DNA of 64,000 nt from Chiloscyllium plagiosum (Eukaryota): assembly GCF_004010195.1 (NCBI RefSeq), contig NC_057749.1:10223939-10287938 (forward strand), given 5' to 3'. Position 1 is the first letter of the stretch, and every line of letters starts with the position of its first letter. Made by a program: the position numbers and the translations under genes. Of the stretch, positions 13,116 through 26,662 are shown piece by piece. The notes below the pieces were generated by a model. The model saw nothing but the letters and a program-made list of their open reading frames with translations. It did no database searches and had not been told where the DNA came from.

Positions 13116-14023
13116 GCATTGACACAAACCAATGAAAAGGCTTCATCTGTGGAGTTTTGTCCAGAGGCATGTTGAACAAAAAGATCTTCATCCTCACTTT
13201 ATCAGATGTTTCAAGAGGACCTTAAATTTCTTGTGAACATTTCTGAGGTGATTTATGATTGTTGGGCACACAACTGAATATTATATCTTGCCTTTGGTCC
13301 ACCTGGTCATGCTTTATGCAGTTTGCTGACTGAGAGAGTCTGTCTGATGTAGGAATGCCCACAGTGATTTTATGGAGCAAGTTCCAGGAATATAACCCAG
13401 CAGCAGTAAAGTAACAGCGGTATACTCCCAAGTCAGGATGGTGAGTGGCTTGGAGGGGGTGGTGTTCCCATGACCTAGTCCCTTCTAGTTGGTACAAGTC
13501 ACAGGTTTGGAAGGTTCTATTGGCGAGTTGCTGCAGCTGTGTGACAGTCACAGAGGGGAGTGAATATTCAGTGTTGTGGATGGGGTGCCAATCAAGCATG
13601 TTGGGTTAGTCCTGGATAGTGTTGTTGGAGATGCACCATCTAGATAAGAGGAAGGTATTCCATCAGGCTGCTGACTATGTCATGATAGTCATAATATATG
13701 GACTCTCAATTTTCAGCTTCCATCATCCACTTTTCAGTTCCTGAGGCCTTTAATGTGCTGAAGTGATTTTAAAAGGATACACATTGACCTAAAATGGCCT
13801 CAATGATCACGTGACCATGGACTGCATCAAGTAAACTAATGCAAAATAAACAAAACAGAACTGAAGTTATTATTTTATCTAAAGTTACTGCAACCAAACA
13901 CTGAGTCAAAACATCAAGAAACTCACATCTCCTATTGCACTTTGCATATGCTTGATAAGTGGCACTTATTGGACATGAAAGGTTGCCCGTTGATTACACA
14001 GCTTGCATGTAAATAGTGATGGC

Positions 14024-14236
14024 AAAAGTGAGGACTGCAGATGCTGGAGATCAGAGTCTAGATTAGAGTGGTGGTGGAAAGGCACAGCAGGTCAGGCAGT
14101 ATCCGAGGAGGAGGAAAATTGAAGTTTCAGGCAAAACGAATGCCTGAGGAAGGGCTTTTGCCCGAAACGTTGATTTTCCTGCTACTCGGATGCTGCCTGA
14201 CCTGCTGTGCTTTTCAAGCGCCACTCTAATCTGGAC
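14024..14236. mobile_element. Fold-back Penelope-derived short element (family B) with hammerhead core
   Basis: Inverted arms GATTAGAGTGG...CAGCAGGTCAGGCAG / CTGCCTGACCTGCTG...CCACTCTAATC. Core CTGAGGA-A-GGGC-TTTT-GCCC-GAAAC at 14144-14168. Confidence 0.75.
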
Positions 14237-16399
14237 GAGTAAACAGTGATGCCAGACATGGGGATACACAAAAGATCTGTACTTCAGTAGCAGTAGCACA
14301 GAAAGAAAAAGAGATATGGATTGGTAATAACAAAATCTGAAAGTCTCTCTCTCTCTCATTCTCTCTCTCTCTCTCTTCCCCCCCCCCCCCCTATTAAATT
14401 GTAACATCTCAAGGACTCTAAGGACTTCTAAAATAACATAGCCTTTTTCTCTTGTCTGTACAAGACACACCCTCTCCTTTTCTAACTTCCGTGCCTGTAT
14501 TTGTGTGTGTGTGTTTGGTGATTTTTCTCAGGGATAGTAAGTAATAAAATTCCTCCTGCTTTCATACAGGTGAAGCTGGTGATCAGCTCCTTAATTTTAA
14601 CTGCATTATCATGGAAGTGTGAAAGCTGGGAAAAATAAATTTAAAGATTTGTTGTTACTAACTAGGAGGAACCACTCAGCTGGCAGAATTGGAAGGGGGG
14701 AAAATAAATTGTTTTTAACGATGAATGGAAACTGAAAAGATTTTCTTCAGACTGTAATATCAAAGAAGTAAGGTGCCTACTTTAAATGTTAATGCTTTTG
14801 TAGAGCATAGCTTTTGGGAAACTAAGTGCATTAACTTTGGAAGAATTAAAAGAGATAGCTAGATATGTGAAGGGGAAGTTTCAGCTAAAAGCCAGAAAGT
14901 TAGAAATTGTAAAACAGGTGGTGAAAAATCTAGAGGCGAAAACTGAAGGTAACAAGATGCATTAAAATTGGAAAATCTGAGATTGGAACTGGGATTTCAA
15001 TAGAAAAAAAACAAAGCAAATTTTGCAAAAAAAGAAGTGAGACTGGAAAAGGAAGCAGAGGGAGATGGAAATCAGAGCAGAGAGGAGACAGAGAATTCCA
15101 GGAGAGAGAAGGCAAAAGTGAAAGGGAGTTTAAATTGAGACAGCTCAAGCTGACTACCTCATACCTAAGGGCTGAAATATTCCGGTCCACCCATTCAATC
15201 ACTGCACTTGCTGTGGGAAAGAGTGATGGCCTCCTTTATATGTTTTGAGTGGTTAGCACAGCAACTAAAGTGACCAGTCCGACAATAAAAAGGGTAAAGT
15301 CACCATGGTCTTGCTAGTGCATAGAGAGAGAGAGAGGTGGAGGTGGTTTAACCTGAGGATCCCCGTCCCTTAGACAAACGGGAGAGGCTGAGACTACCTT
15401 TATAGTAATCTCAGCCGGTGCAGCCCCTGAACCGACGCTATTGGCATCACTAACCAGCTGCCAGCCAACTTAACTAACCCGCACGACAGCAATAGAGTAG
15501 GCCGGTGAGGAAAGTCCATGACGTTTGCTCTTTCTTACCTGAGGTGAGGCCCAGTGACTTTGACACAGCAGAAAGAGGCTATTTTAAGTCCACACTAACT
15601 CACACAAAAATTCTTCATCCTCAACAAACCAGACATCCCTGGAATTGGAATGGCTTACCAGCTCACTTTTAACTGAAGTGTATGGGCATTTGAAATTAAG
15701 GCCATGCACAAGAACTTCCATAATTCTTCTTGAGGGGCTCCAAGACTCAATTCCTTTTGTTCTCCAGGTGTATGTAGTAGAATAGAAGGTAGCAGGATCC
15801 AGAGAGAGATGGCCATTAGTGAGTTGCTGCCACTGTGTGATGGTCACAGAGGGGAGTCAATGTTAAATGAGGTGTCAATCAAGTAAGAGAAAGGTATTCC
15901 ATCACACTGCTTGTGCCATGATAGCACTAATATTATGGACTCTCAATTTTAGCTTCCCATCATTTGGCTTTTAATTCCTGAGGCCATTTGCGGGATGAAG
16001 TAATTTTAAAATGGTCACGTGACCATGGATTGCGTCAAGTAAACCAGGTTTTATCGAAAGTCAGTGAGACCAGTCACTGAGTCAGAGCAACAAGAAGCTC
16101 ACATCCCAATAGGCTGCTGACTGTGAGTTAACACATGGACCACAGTCTAGGTCACATACCAAAGAGAAATAAAGGCAAGATAAGTATAACTGAAGCAAGC
16201 GGAAGAATACAGGAAGTTTGGCAGCGTGAGTAGAACCATCTCGGACTGTTTAAAGAAGGGACCCAAGGGGAAAATCGCCCCAAATCTTTGTGCTGTACAA
16301 GTCCAGAGTCTGTATTGGAAAATTGTTGGTTCTGTCTGCCCCTCGAAGCTCAAGCTGTGAAACCATAGTGTGTAGTATTAATATTGGTGTCTGTCTGCT

Positions 16400-16710
16400 C
16401 ATGATATGGAGGTGCTGGTGTTGGACTGGGGTGGACAAAGTTAAAAATTGCACAGATTATAGTCCAACAGGTTTATTTGGAAGTACTAGCTTTTGGAGAG
16501 TTGCAACCCATTCTGAAAGATGAAAGGCTTAACAGCAATCTAGGTTTGTTCAATATATTGTTTCAGTTGCATGACACTCAGAACTTTTGCGATAGATTCT
16601 GTGTCTTATGATCTTGCTTCATAGCTACCCGATGAAGGAGCAGTGCTCCGAAAGCTATTGTTTCCAATAAACCTGTTGGAGTATAATCTGGTGTTGTGTG
16701 AGTTTTAACT
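16400..16710. mobile_element. Fold-back Penelope-derived short element (family A)
   Basis: Inverted arms around a spacer; CCGATGA-A-GGAGC-AGT-GCTCC-GAAAGCTA at about 16629-16657. Confidence 0.72.
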
Positions 16711-17419
16711 CTGTCTGCTCAAGTATGACTGTTGACCAGGAGATCTGTCAGATATTTTTGTCACTGGTTTGAGCAGCTAAAAAGATATACCGGCATTCTA
16801 GGAGATGCATTCCTTGCTAAGCAGGTGAAAATCAAAGATTCTTCACCTGGATGGAAGTTAAATCCCCATGCGCAGGTAAAGGCTGGATGGAAAAGGTTAT
16901 AACTGAGCATTGGTTCAAGTTTACTTCGCAAGTGACTGGTACCAATAGTATCAGTAACAGGGATACATGTTTTATTGAGAAACTGTATGGTGAGCAGCAA
17001 CATAGCTTCCTCAAATAGAAAAGGACAGAGCAGGTGACAGGAAAAAAGTTGGTAGCTAATGACAGAAAGTCAGGGAACTGAGAAAGATGCACAGAGTGTA
17101 ATGAATCCCATGAGAATTGGCTGAAGATGGGTCACATACATCAAACCAGAGGGAAACAGCTAAAAGGCTCGGAGGTTCTTAAAGTGGTGAGGCCTGCGGT
17201 GGTTCAGGAAGGGTCAGTCGAATGAAGCAGGCTGACAGTATCAGAAAGTGTCCGGACAGAGCCAGAAGGGGTTAGGCAGCAGTGAGTCAGGCCATGGAAC
17301 CAGAAGAGAGGTCAGGAAAGGGCCATGGAACCTGATAATGGATGGCAAGCCACTGCCAGAAATCTGGCTATCTGTACCTTCAAGGTATGATTACAAAGAA
17401 AATCAATGGCACTCTCAAA

Positions 17420-18055
17420 CAGATTCCACCTCCAAACGGACCCCACCACCAGGGATATATTTCCCTCCCCTCCCCTATCAGTGTTCCGAAAAGACCACTC
17501 CCTCCGTGACTCCCTCGTCAGGTCCACACCCCCCACCAACCCAACCTCCACTCCCGGCACCTTCCCCTGCAACCGCAAGAAATGCAAAACTTGCGCCCAC
17601 ACCTCCCCCCTTACTTCCCTCCAAGGCCCCAAGGGATCCTTCCATATCCGCCACAANNNNNNNNNNNNNNNNNNNNNNNNNNNNNNNNNNNNNNNNNNNN
17701 NNNNNNNNNNNNNNNNNNNNNNNNNNNNNNNNNNNNNNNNNNNNNNNNNNNNNNNNNNNNNNNNNNNNNNNNNNNNNNNNNNNNNNNNNNNNNNNNNNNN
17801 NNNNNNNNNNNNNNNNNNNNNNNNNNNNNNNNNNNNNNNNNNNNNNNNNNNNNNNNNNNNNNNNNNNNNNNNNNNNNNNNNNNNNNNNNNNNNNNNNNNN
17901 NNNNNNNNNNNNNNNNNNNNNNNNNNNNNNNNNNNNAAGGGCTCATGCCCGAAACGTCGATTCTCCTGCTCCTTGGATGCTGCCTGACCTGCTGCGCTTT
18001 TCCATCAACACATTTTCAGCTCTGATCTCCAGCATCTGCAGTCCTCACTTTCTCC
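17420..18055 (+). mobile_element. Penelope-like element 3' part spanning an assembly gap
   Basis: Encodes FRKDHSLRDSLVRS...PCNRKKCKTC (Cys motif preceding the GIY-YIG endonuclease). A family B terminal repeat follows the gap. Confidence 0.82.
17657..17936. other. Assembly gap (280 N)
   Basis: Run of N characters. Confidence 1.
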
Positions 18056-18109
18056 ACTCTCAAACAGGCCAGGAACCAGTGAAGGTGCAAGCCTCACATA
18101 GTATTTTTT

Positions 18110-18465
18110 AAATTGATTCACAGGATGAGAGTGTACTGGCTAGGCCAGCTTTTATTGCCCATCCCTAATTGCCTGGAGGGCAGTTAAGAGTCAACCACAT
18201 TGCTGTGGGTCTGGAGTCACATGTAGACCAGACCAGGTAAGGATGGCAGTTTCCTTCCCTAAAGGACATTAGTAAACCAGCTGGGTTTTTCCTGACAAGC
18301 GACAATGGATTCACGGTCATCACGGGACTCTTCACTACAGGTTTTCATTGAATTCCAATTCCACCATCTGCTGTGCAGCGGGATTCAAACCCAGGTCCCC
18401 AGAACATTACCTGGGTCCCTGGACTATGAGTCCAGTGATAATACCTCTAGGCCACCATCTCCCAT
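18110..18465 (-). mobile_element. Second tRNA-derived SINE family
   Basis: Shares CCACATTGCTGTGGGTCTGGAGTCACATGTAG...GGTAAGGATGGCAG with copies at 26335-26662 (+) and 57270-57945 (-, split by an HE1 copy). Confidence 0.75.
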
Positions 18466-20831
18466 TAGTAGTGAAAGAGCTGCAGGGGAGGATAGTTGAA
18501 CCTAAACATCCATCTCATAGCTGTAGTGTTCCAGGGAAAGTGAAACATGTTCCACAAAAAGGAAAGGAACATCCCCCACCCCAGGCAGTATTAGTGGTGG
18601 CAGCCCAATAAATGTTCGGGACCCACCCCACAAACAGGAAGGGAACAACCCCCACCCCAGGTACCATTAGTGGTGGCAGCCATTAAAACCAGGTGCCCAT
18701 AGGAGTCTGAGGAACAATACCTCAAACAGTTCAGTCGGCTTGGTGTTGAGTTAAATGAGAACGAGGTACAACATGCATGTGCAGGCTCCCTCCAGGTGAC
18801 AGCCCTCAGATTACAGCCAACCAGCCTTTGAGAAGGGTGTCACTGGCTGGGCCCAGCATTTATTGCCCATCCCTTATTGCCCTTGAGAAGGTGGTGGTGA
18901 ACAGCCATCTTGAGCCACTAATTTGTACAGCACTTCTCTTCAGTTCCCACTGGTAATAATTAACCAGGGTCAGAAGGGAGAACTCCCCTGCTCTTTGTAG
19001 TTAGAGATTCTGGGGACCTTTTAAATTGGAACTCAGTTGGAGGCGCAGTTTAATGGCTTGACTGACAGGTATCATTGTAGCAGTGCCTTGGCGCTGCAGG
19101 CAGAGGAAGCCAAGATTTTGTGTTCAGGTCTCTAGGGTGGGAGGTCATTCCTCACACTTTATACAACAATTGTATTTGGTGGCACAGTGATTGCGGTTCC
19201 TAACCACACACTTTGCAGTGCCTGTGTTAATGATATAGCTCATTACATTTACGATGGGGTGAGTTTATTGTTGGAATGCCTATCTGCTCAAACTTTCTCC
19301 CAAATTCACACAACTTCTACCAGGGTCTCCTGGAGCCAGCTGTTCCAGAACTGTGGAGCATAGCGTTCCCTCGTATCTGGGGGTAAAATCAGACAAGCCC
19401 CTGTTTTACAGCACTAGCCAGGTCGTATAATAAAGATAAACAAAGAAACATCAAGGGATACAATGTTTCATTTCCTCCTCCGACTCCATTTTGATTAAGC
19501 GCCTTCCCACTCTCCCTACCCCCCCTGTGTCATGTTTGATGGGTTTATATTGCCTGTAATGAGCTTTGCTTGTAAACTTCTAATTGGGGACATGAGTGGG
19601 AGTTAAAAGGAAAAATGCAAAAAGGCACAGTGATTCTGGTGGTGGGACAGTCATTCATTTGCGTGTGATAACACTTCTAGGTAGAAAAGGAACAGAAGAA
19701 AAATAGAAAATAGGAGCAGGAGTAGGCCGCTCAGCCTGCTGCACTATTCAATATGACCATGGCTGATCATCCAACTCAGTCCCCATTCCTGCTCTCTCCC
19801 CATACCCCTTAACCCCTTTAGCCCTAAGAACTGTATCTAACCACTTCTTGAAAATATTCCATGGTTTTGCCCCAGTCGCTTTCTGTGGTAGAGAATTCCA
19901 CAGGTTCCCTCCTCTCTAGGTGAGGAAACTTCTCATCTTGGTCCACCCCGTATCCTTAGACAGTGACCCCTTGGTTCTGGGCTCTTTGGTCATTGGGAAC
20001 ATCCATACTGCAACTAGTCTTGTTCGCATTTAATGGTTTCAATAAAATCCACCCTCACTCTTCTCCTAAGGTGAGGTGTCCAACATCAATGTTAATGAAT
20101 GGGTAAGTGGATGAATAAGTGAATGGGGCAGGGCAGATAGCCAGGGGTGGTACATTGATAAGTGGGTAGCGTCGGTGAGCAGTAGATGGATTGGGTGACA
20201 AGTGGGTGAGGTGATAAGTGGCTGAGGTGGCAAGTGGGTAAAGTGGCAGTTTAGTGAAGGGGCAAGCAGGTGAGGTGGCAGCTGGGTCGATTGGTAGGTG
20301 GAGATGGTGGTAGGTGAATGAGATGGTATGAGGTAGTGAATTGGGTGCCCAAGAGGCCATCAGGTGGGGTCAGGGGGACAAACAACAATCAGATACCAGA
20401 GGAGGTGGTCAATGGTCAGGTGTATTTAGAGAGAGCCAGAGGATAGTCCATAAGTCTGGTCGGGTTGGCTATCGGTGTGAGTGTTTGATAAGAGATATGA
20501 TAGAATCCAAGAATTAGGCTGTGATTTTTTTATATATATCCTGACATTTCCTGGGTAATTATCTGAGACAGTATGTTATAGCTGTCCAAAACCCAAGTTG
20601 TAACTCCAAATCGAGAACTCCAAATCGACGCTCCAAACAGAACGTCCCATGGAAAACAGATTCAGCCATCGGAAGTTGAAATTTCCTGGGGCAAATCCTG
20701 ACATGCATTCCAGAGACTGGGAGATTTGTGTGTCATGACCAAGCAGGCAGAGGTGTTGGCTGTTGGGGGGAGTGGGGTGGTGGTGAGCAATGTGATCCGA
20801 TAGTTAACCTCTCTCCCTCCTGCTGTTCCAG

Positions 20832-21078
20832 GTGGCATACTGCAATCGCCCTGCTAGCTTCAAAGAAGGTGGATGTCAAACCTCTGATTACGCATCGTTT
20901 CGGACTGGAGCAGGCCCAGGAAGGATTCGAATGCGTGAAGAAGGGAGCTGGAATCAAAGTGGTCATCAATTGTGAACAGCAGCAGCAGCAGTGCCCATCG
21001 CTGTGCCCACAGAACCAGTGTGGCCAACAACAATCACAATGCCAAACAAGACAGTGTCCCCAGCACAGCTTTTTCTGA
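20832..21078 (+). CDS. SORD: Sorbitol dehydrogenase-like, last coding exon with Gln/Cys-rich extension
   Basis: TTCCAG acceptor, phase 2. Encodes WHTAIALLASKKVDVKPLITHRFGLEQAQEGFECVKKGAGIKVVINC, then EQQQQQCPSLCPQNQCGQQQSQCQTRQCPQHSFF and TGA. Confidence 0.93.
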
Positions 21079-21149
21079 TTTGTTTTGTTTGTGCAATTAC
21101 AGTTTTGACCACTGTAAAAGTAATGTCACCCAGCCAATTGACCTTCTGC

Positions 21150-21155
21150 AATAAA
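21150..21155 (+). terminator. Probable SORD polyadenylation signal
   Basis: AATAAA about 70 nt after the stop codon; a second AATAAA lies at 21258-21263. Confidence 0.55.
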
Positions 21156-23669
21156 CACTGTGTATAACTGGTACCAGACCTCTCTTTATTTACATTGCAT
21201 TGTCCCTACTCCTGCTTATGATTTCCCTCTTTTTTAGACTTTAGTAGATACAACATGAATAAATTCAGGACCTCTGAGGGATCTGCTAAATGAATCATAG
21301 CCTCTCTGCTCAGTATTTTTGGCCGGTTAACTGTAGGCACCAGTCTGACAGGCAAATCAAGTTGAAGAAGAAGAGATTGCTCCATTCAGCAGAACCAGAG
21401 TACGACAATTTACAAAACACAAAGGCAACATGAGGAAAATTCCTTCCGCAGCAAGAGCATGGAGACTGCATTGTGTGATGGTCTGGTGGAGACAAATTTC
21501 AACAAGACTTTTCAAAGAAATTTGGAGAAACAGAAAGGTTTGCAGGGCTATGGGCAGAAGAAGAAGGAGTGGGACCAGGTGACTTGCTCTTGTAGAGAGG
21601 GTAAATTACCTCCTGTATAGCTGCACGAAAGTGCATGTACATATTAAATTGCCCCTCTTCCCATGCAGTAAGATTGGGACAACATTGAGGCTTAGATATA
21701 TTAACAGAAAGTAAACGTTGTGCCACACAAATGCCAGGCAATGACCATCTCCAATTAGAGAGAATCAAACCCTCACCTCACAACATTCAACACCATTAAG
21801 CTCCACTGGATCCTTTAATGTCCAGATTCTGGGATGTTACTATTTACCAGAAAATTAACTGGACCTGTCATATCAATTTTTTGGTTGCAAGGGCATGTTA
21901 GAGATTGGAAACTCTGCTGTGAATAACTCAACTCCCAAAGCCTGTCCATCTACAAGGTACAAGTCCAGAGTGTGATGGAATACTCCCCACCTGCCTGGAT
22001 GGGTGCAGCTCCACAACACTCGTGATGCTTGACACCATCTAAATAACAACTGCTTGATCAACACCCCATCAACCACTTTAAATATTCTCTACCATCAGTA
22101 ACCAGCGACAGCAGTTTGTACCATCTATAGTATGTACTGCAACAACTCACCGATGCTCCTTTCGTAGCACCTTCCAAACCAAGACGTCCACCACCAAGAA
22201 GAGTAGGTGATGTATGGCAACCCCACCACCTCCAAGTTCCCCTCTAAGTCACACAATATCCTGATTTGGAGATATATCACCATTCCTTCACTGGTACTGG
22301 TTCAATGTTCTGGATAACAGCAATGTGGATGCCCCTATACAACATGGATTGCAGTGGTTCTAGAAGGCTGCATGCTATCACCTTCTCATGGGCAACTAGG
22401 GATGATCTGCTAGCACTGAAATTTGTGCACATGTCCAAGGAGAGACTTTCGGTGTTGCCGCACGCTCTTTCTCTTCCTGTTTTGAACCATCTCCGCTTGA
22501 TGCTGGAGGTCTTTAAAACAATCTTTTAAAGGAGCTTTGTCACAGGAAATGGAAAAAAAACTGTTCACACAAGACTGTGACAGTGCAGCCAAGCCTTTGA
22601 GCAATTTGCTTAGATTATCCACTAACGATGAGGAAATATGAGGTGGAACAGAGGAGGGAGTTCCTCTGTCCCGGAAGTAGATATGGTGTGTCACCCTGGG
22701 AGTTGGCACAATACTTGGCAGGAGGTTCCAAGTCGTGTCAGTGTTGACAGCGTCACTTCATGAAACTGACAACAGGAGCTGAGAGAAGATTCATCATCTC
22801 ACCAGGGAGTGTCCAGGTCGGAAACATTGCCCAACAGATTACTTAATATTCATGTAACATTCAGACAGGCGTAGCTGCTCACTCAAACACGATAGCCTTT
22901 AAGTATTTCAGCTACTTTAAGTATGTGCCATGTTAGCACCGAGAGTCAACTTTTGGCCTTGCATCTATTTTGCACTAACACATCCTTTCCTGACATATTG
23001 AGATAGGATTTTAATTAAAACCTGCCTGTCAGAATGCAGCATGGAGGTAAAATGCTGAATTTACATGTCAGCGGTTTTAGTGAAGTCTTTGGAGAGAAAT
23101 ATTGCACATAAGAATGGTTAAGGTAGCAGGAATTAGGCCATTCAGCCCCTCAAGCCTCCACCACCATTCAGTGCAATTGTGTCTAATCTGATCTGACCTC
23201 AACGCCACTTTCCTGCCCATTCTTATGATGCCTGACTCTATTATAGTTCAAGAAACTTGCTGTCTCAGTCTTGAATACTTCCAGTAGTTCAGTCTCAGTG
23301 GGGTAGAGACTTACAAAGATTAAGGCTTTTCAACAGTAGAAGTTCCTCATTATCCCCATCTTCAGTGTGAGAGTCCACATTCTGACAACTGTACTCCCCA
23401 GTTCTACATTGCCTCAACGCCAGGAAATGTTCTCCCAGAATCTATCAAATCCCCTTCAAATCTTACTTTTCAATAAGATCACCTCCCATTCATCCAAACT
23501 CCAATACATTAAGTACCAATCAGCTAATCTTTCACCAAATGATTAACCTTTTCTGTCAGGAATAAAGATAATGAGTTTTCTCCAATTCCCCTCCATTGCA
23601 AGAGCACCCCTCTGTTATAAAGAAAATCAAATCCGGATGCAGTATTTGAGGTAGCCAGGAGATCATTGA

Positions 23670-24475
23670 GTGATAGAGATGTACAGCACGGAAACAGATA
23701 CTTCGATCCAACTCGTCTATGCCGACCAGATATCCTAACCTAATCTAGTCCTGTTTGCCAGCAACCGGCCTATATCCCACTAAACCTTTCCTAATCAAAT
23801 ACCCATCCAGATGCCTTTTAAATGCTGCAATTGTACCAGCCTTCACCACTTCCTTTGGTAACTCGTTTCATACATGCCCCACTCACTGGGTGAAACATTT
23901 GCCCCTTAGGTCCCTTTTATATCTTTACTCTCTCACCATAAACCTCTAGTTCGGACTCCCCCACCCCGTAGGAAATACTTTGCATATTTACCCTATCCAT
24001 GTCCCTCATGATTTCATAATCTTCTAAAAGGTCACCCCTCAGCTTCCGATGCTCCAGGGAAACCTATTCAGCCCCAACCTATTCAGCCTCTCCCTATAGC
24101 TCAAAAGCTCCAACCCTGGTAACATCCTTGTAAATCTTTTCTGAACCCTTTCATGTTTCACAGCATCCTTCCCAAAGCAGGGAGATCGGAATTAAACACA
24201 GTATTCCAATAGCGGCCTAACTAAAGTCCTGGACAGCTGCAACATGACCTCCTAACTCCTATACTTTATTGCACTGACCAATAAAGGCAAACACCTTCTT
24301 CACAAACCTAAGTATCTGCGACTCCACTTCTGAGGAACAATGAACCTGCACTCCAAGGTCTCTTTGTTCAGTAATTCTCCCCAGGAACTTACCTGATTTG
24401 CCCTTCCAAAATGCAGCAACTCACATTTATTTAAAGTAAACTCCATCTGTCATTCCTCGGCCCATCGGCCTATCT
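23670..24475 (-). mobile_element. CR1 LINE 3' fragment
   Basis: Reverse-strand CR1 ORF2 end and 3' UTR, similar to 62340-62895. Confidence 0.85.
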
Positions 24476-26334
24476 GTTCACATATTTGCCAATTTGCTTT
24501 TTCCTATCTTCTGCTCATTATCCACCCTTTAAGCCTTGAAAAGCAATCTAAACTAGGTTGCTATTATCCTGTGATTATTTACCTGCAAAGCTCACATTAA
24601 TTTTGCTTTTGAAAATATACTCAGCACCATTTGCTTAATTGGGTCTGTCAACTGTTTCTCACTGCTTTTCATCATGTATCCTGGTTTCCTAGTAGATTCC
24701 TGATCTCAAATTACTGAGTGGAAAAGCCTCATTTTACATAGAGCCTTTTATGTCTTAAAGATCTCTGACCTTCTTCAAACACTGCTGCATTTCTTAACCT
24801 TTCCAAGCAGCTAAGTACTAAGCTTCATCAGTCAGGAGTATTGAAATCTTGAGTGTGTTATGGTCTATGAACCAAATGTAAATATTTGTTCAGTGTCATT
24901 GTGGCTTGGAATATGCTATTTGTATTGGGGTAATTTGAGCTGAGATGAATTGATTTAAATGCCTTTATTTTTAAAGGTTTTTTTAGTGTATACACTTCTT
25001 CAACTTTTTTTTAACACTTCCCAATTCAGTATTCTTCAGCCTCATGAAGGAGCACATTCAAACCTGTGAGACGTTAATTACTCAGAGAAGCCACTACATT
25101 GGTTCACAGTCCCATGAATAGGTCAAGGGAAAGCCTACCAGATGCTGGTTTCAGTTCCATTGTTTTGACAGTGTAAAGGAGCTTTGTTCCTGGGCTCACA
25201 TCAAGAGTTCTGCTCAGTTGCAGAGTCTGCACAGTGAAAAATGATCCATTAATTAAAACAACTGTCTCCAGTTCAATGGCCCCATGTGGTGCAATGTTCT
25301 AAAGCTGATAACTTTTGTGTCAAACCATATCCTCTACTTTCTCATTGCATTACTTTTTGAAATAACTGCGTAGAGACCAATATCTCATTACCAAGTCACC
25401 CTTTATTTACTTGGACATGGGCTCTGACCAGCCAACTCAGAGCCAGTCCCTAGAATCAGGAGATGCTCTGAATCTACTGTTTATATTTTTTCTTTAACTT
25501 ATTTTTCTAATCAACCTGTTCAGCGATGTTATTACACACCTTTGGTGCAGGTGGGACTTGCACCCAAGCCTTCTGTTCCAGAGGCTGGGGCACTACACAG
25601 TGCTACAGAGCCCCAGTCTCCTGTTTATATCTGTCAGCTGGGGCTCCCTGATTGACCCAGGTTAAGAACCCCCAATCAGGGATCTCATAGCCAATGAGAT
25701 CCATCTGGTTCTCATTCCAATCACTACACTCATAATAAATGAATCTGTAATATGTTGAATTAGCCAATATGTGGAAACAAGCTTTCATTATTTATCCCTT
25801 TGATCATTTTCTTGATTATGAAAACCATTAAATTTTCCTTAATTCTTTGTCCTACAGTAAACAAACCACAATTTTTTTAGCTTTTCTTTGTCTCGATGAT
25901 CTCTAATTCCATATTACAATTCTGGTGAATCTTCAATGGGACCTTCCCAGAGCTCTCAATTCTTTCTGCGTTCAATATTCCAATGCAGCCTAACTAATAT
26001 ATTGTTCATTTTTAAAAAATGTTTACATTCAGTGTTCCCACATATGATACTCCACAGTCTTATTTGCGTTTTTATGACTTTTTGTAAAGGCATTGCCAGT
26101 GGTTTAACACTTTTGAGAATCTGGGTTTTTTTTAAAGGCTGACTTCCTTTTATAATTTTTCTTACCAGAATGGACTGCTTCACAATGCTCTGGGTTATAT
26201 TTCTTTATTCTCGATTTAAGATACTTTACCAGCCTGGCTATGTCTTCCTATAATTTTCTTAAATTCGTGTTCAGTTTGCCATGCGCCCATCTGGACTTTA
26301 ATTCCTCATGACTATGTCCACATTATTTAGGTGC

Positions 26335-26662
26335 CGCCGGTATTATCACTGGGCTTTTAATCCAGAAACGTTCTAGGGAGCTGGCTTTGAATCCTGTCAC
26401 AGCAGATGATGGAATTTGAACTCAACAACAAAGAGAAAATCTGGAATTACACGTCTAATGATGACCAGGAATCCATTTTAGGAAGAACCCATCTGGTTCA
26501 CTAGTGTCCTTCAGGGAAGGAAACTGTCATCCTTACCTGGTCTGGCCTACATGTGACTCCAGACCCACAGCAATGTGGTTGACTCTTAACTGCCCTCTGG
26601 CCAATTAGGGATGGTCAATAAATGCTGCCTCAGCCAGCAATGCCCTCATCCTGTAAATAAAT
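26335..26662 (+). mobile_element. Second tRNA-derived SINE family copy
   Basis: Reverse-complement match to 18110-18465. Confidence 0.75.

Larger units (their letters stand above)
13677..17340 (+). mobile_element. Decayed Gypsy (Gmr1-like) LTR retrotransposon remnant with nested repeats
   Basis: Disrupted gag-like fragments LTLEELKEIA..., EREFKLRQLKL and SFICFEWLAQQLK*P (14830-15280), and protease-region-like SVTGIHVLLRN (~16950). Upstream LTR-like segment with AATAAA. Boundaries are approximate. Confidence 0.5.

Noticed and set aside
17248..18111. Long ORFs of 111-287 aa
   Set aside because: Artefacts of translating through the N gap inside a Penelope fragment.
18552..18685. Short direct duplication of about 60 bp (a similar one at 49027-49160)
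   Set aside because: Ordinary local duplications in intronic or repeat sequence with no sign of function.
21076..21260. SORD TGA as a selenocysteine codon after a Cys-rich tail
   Set aside because: No recognisable SECIS, and an AATAAA follows closely, so an ordinary stop is more likely.
25365..25730. Possible solo LTR (TG...CA ends, AATAAA) with a nested short insertion
   Set aside because: No matching TSD or second copy in the window, so support is too weak to call.
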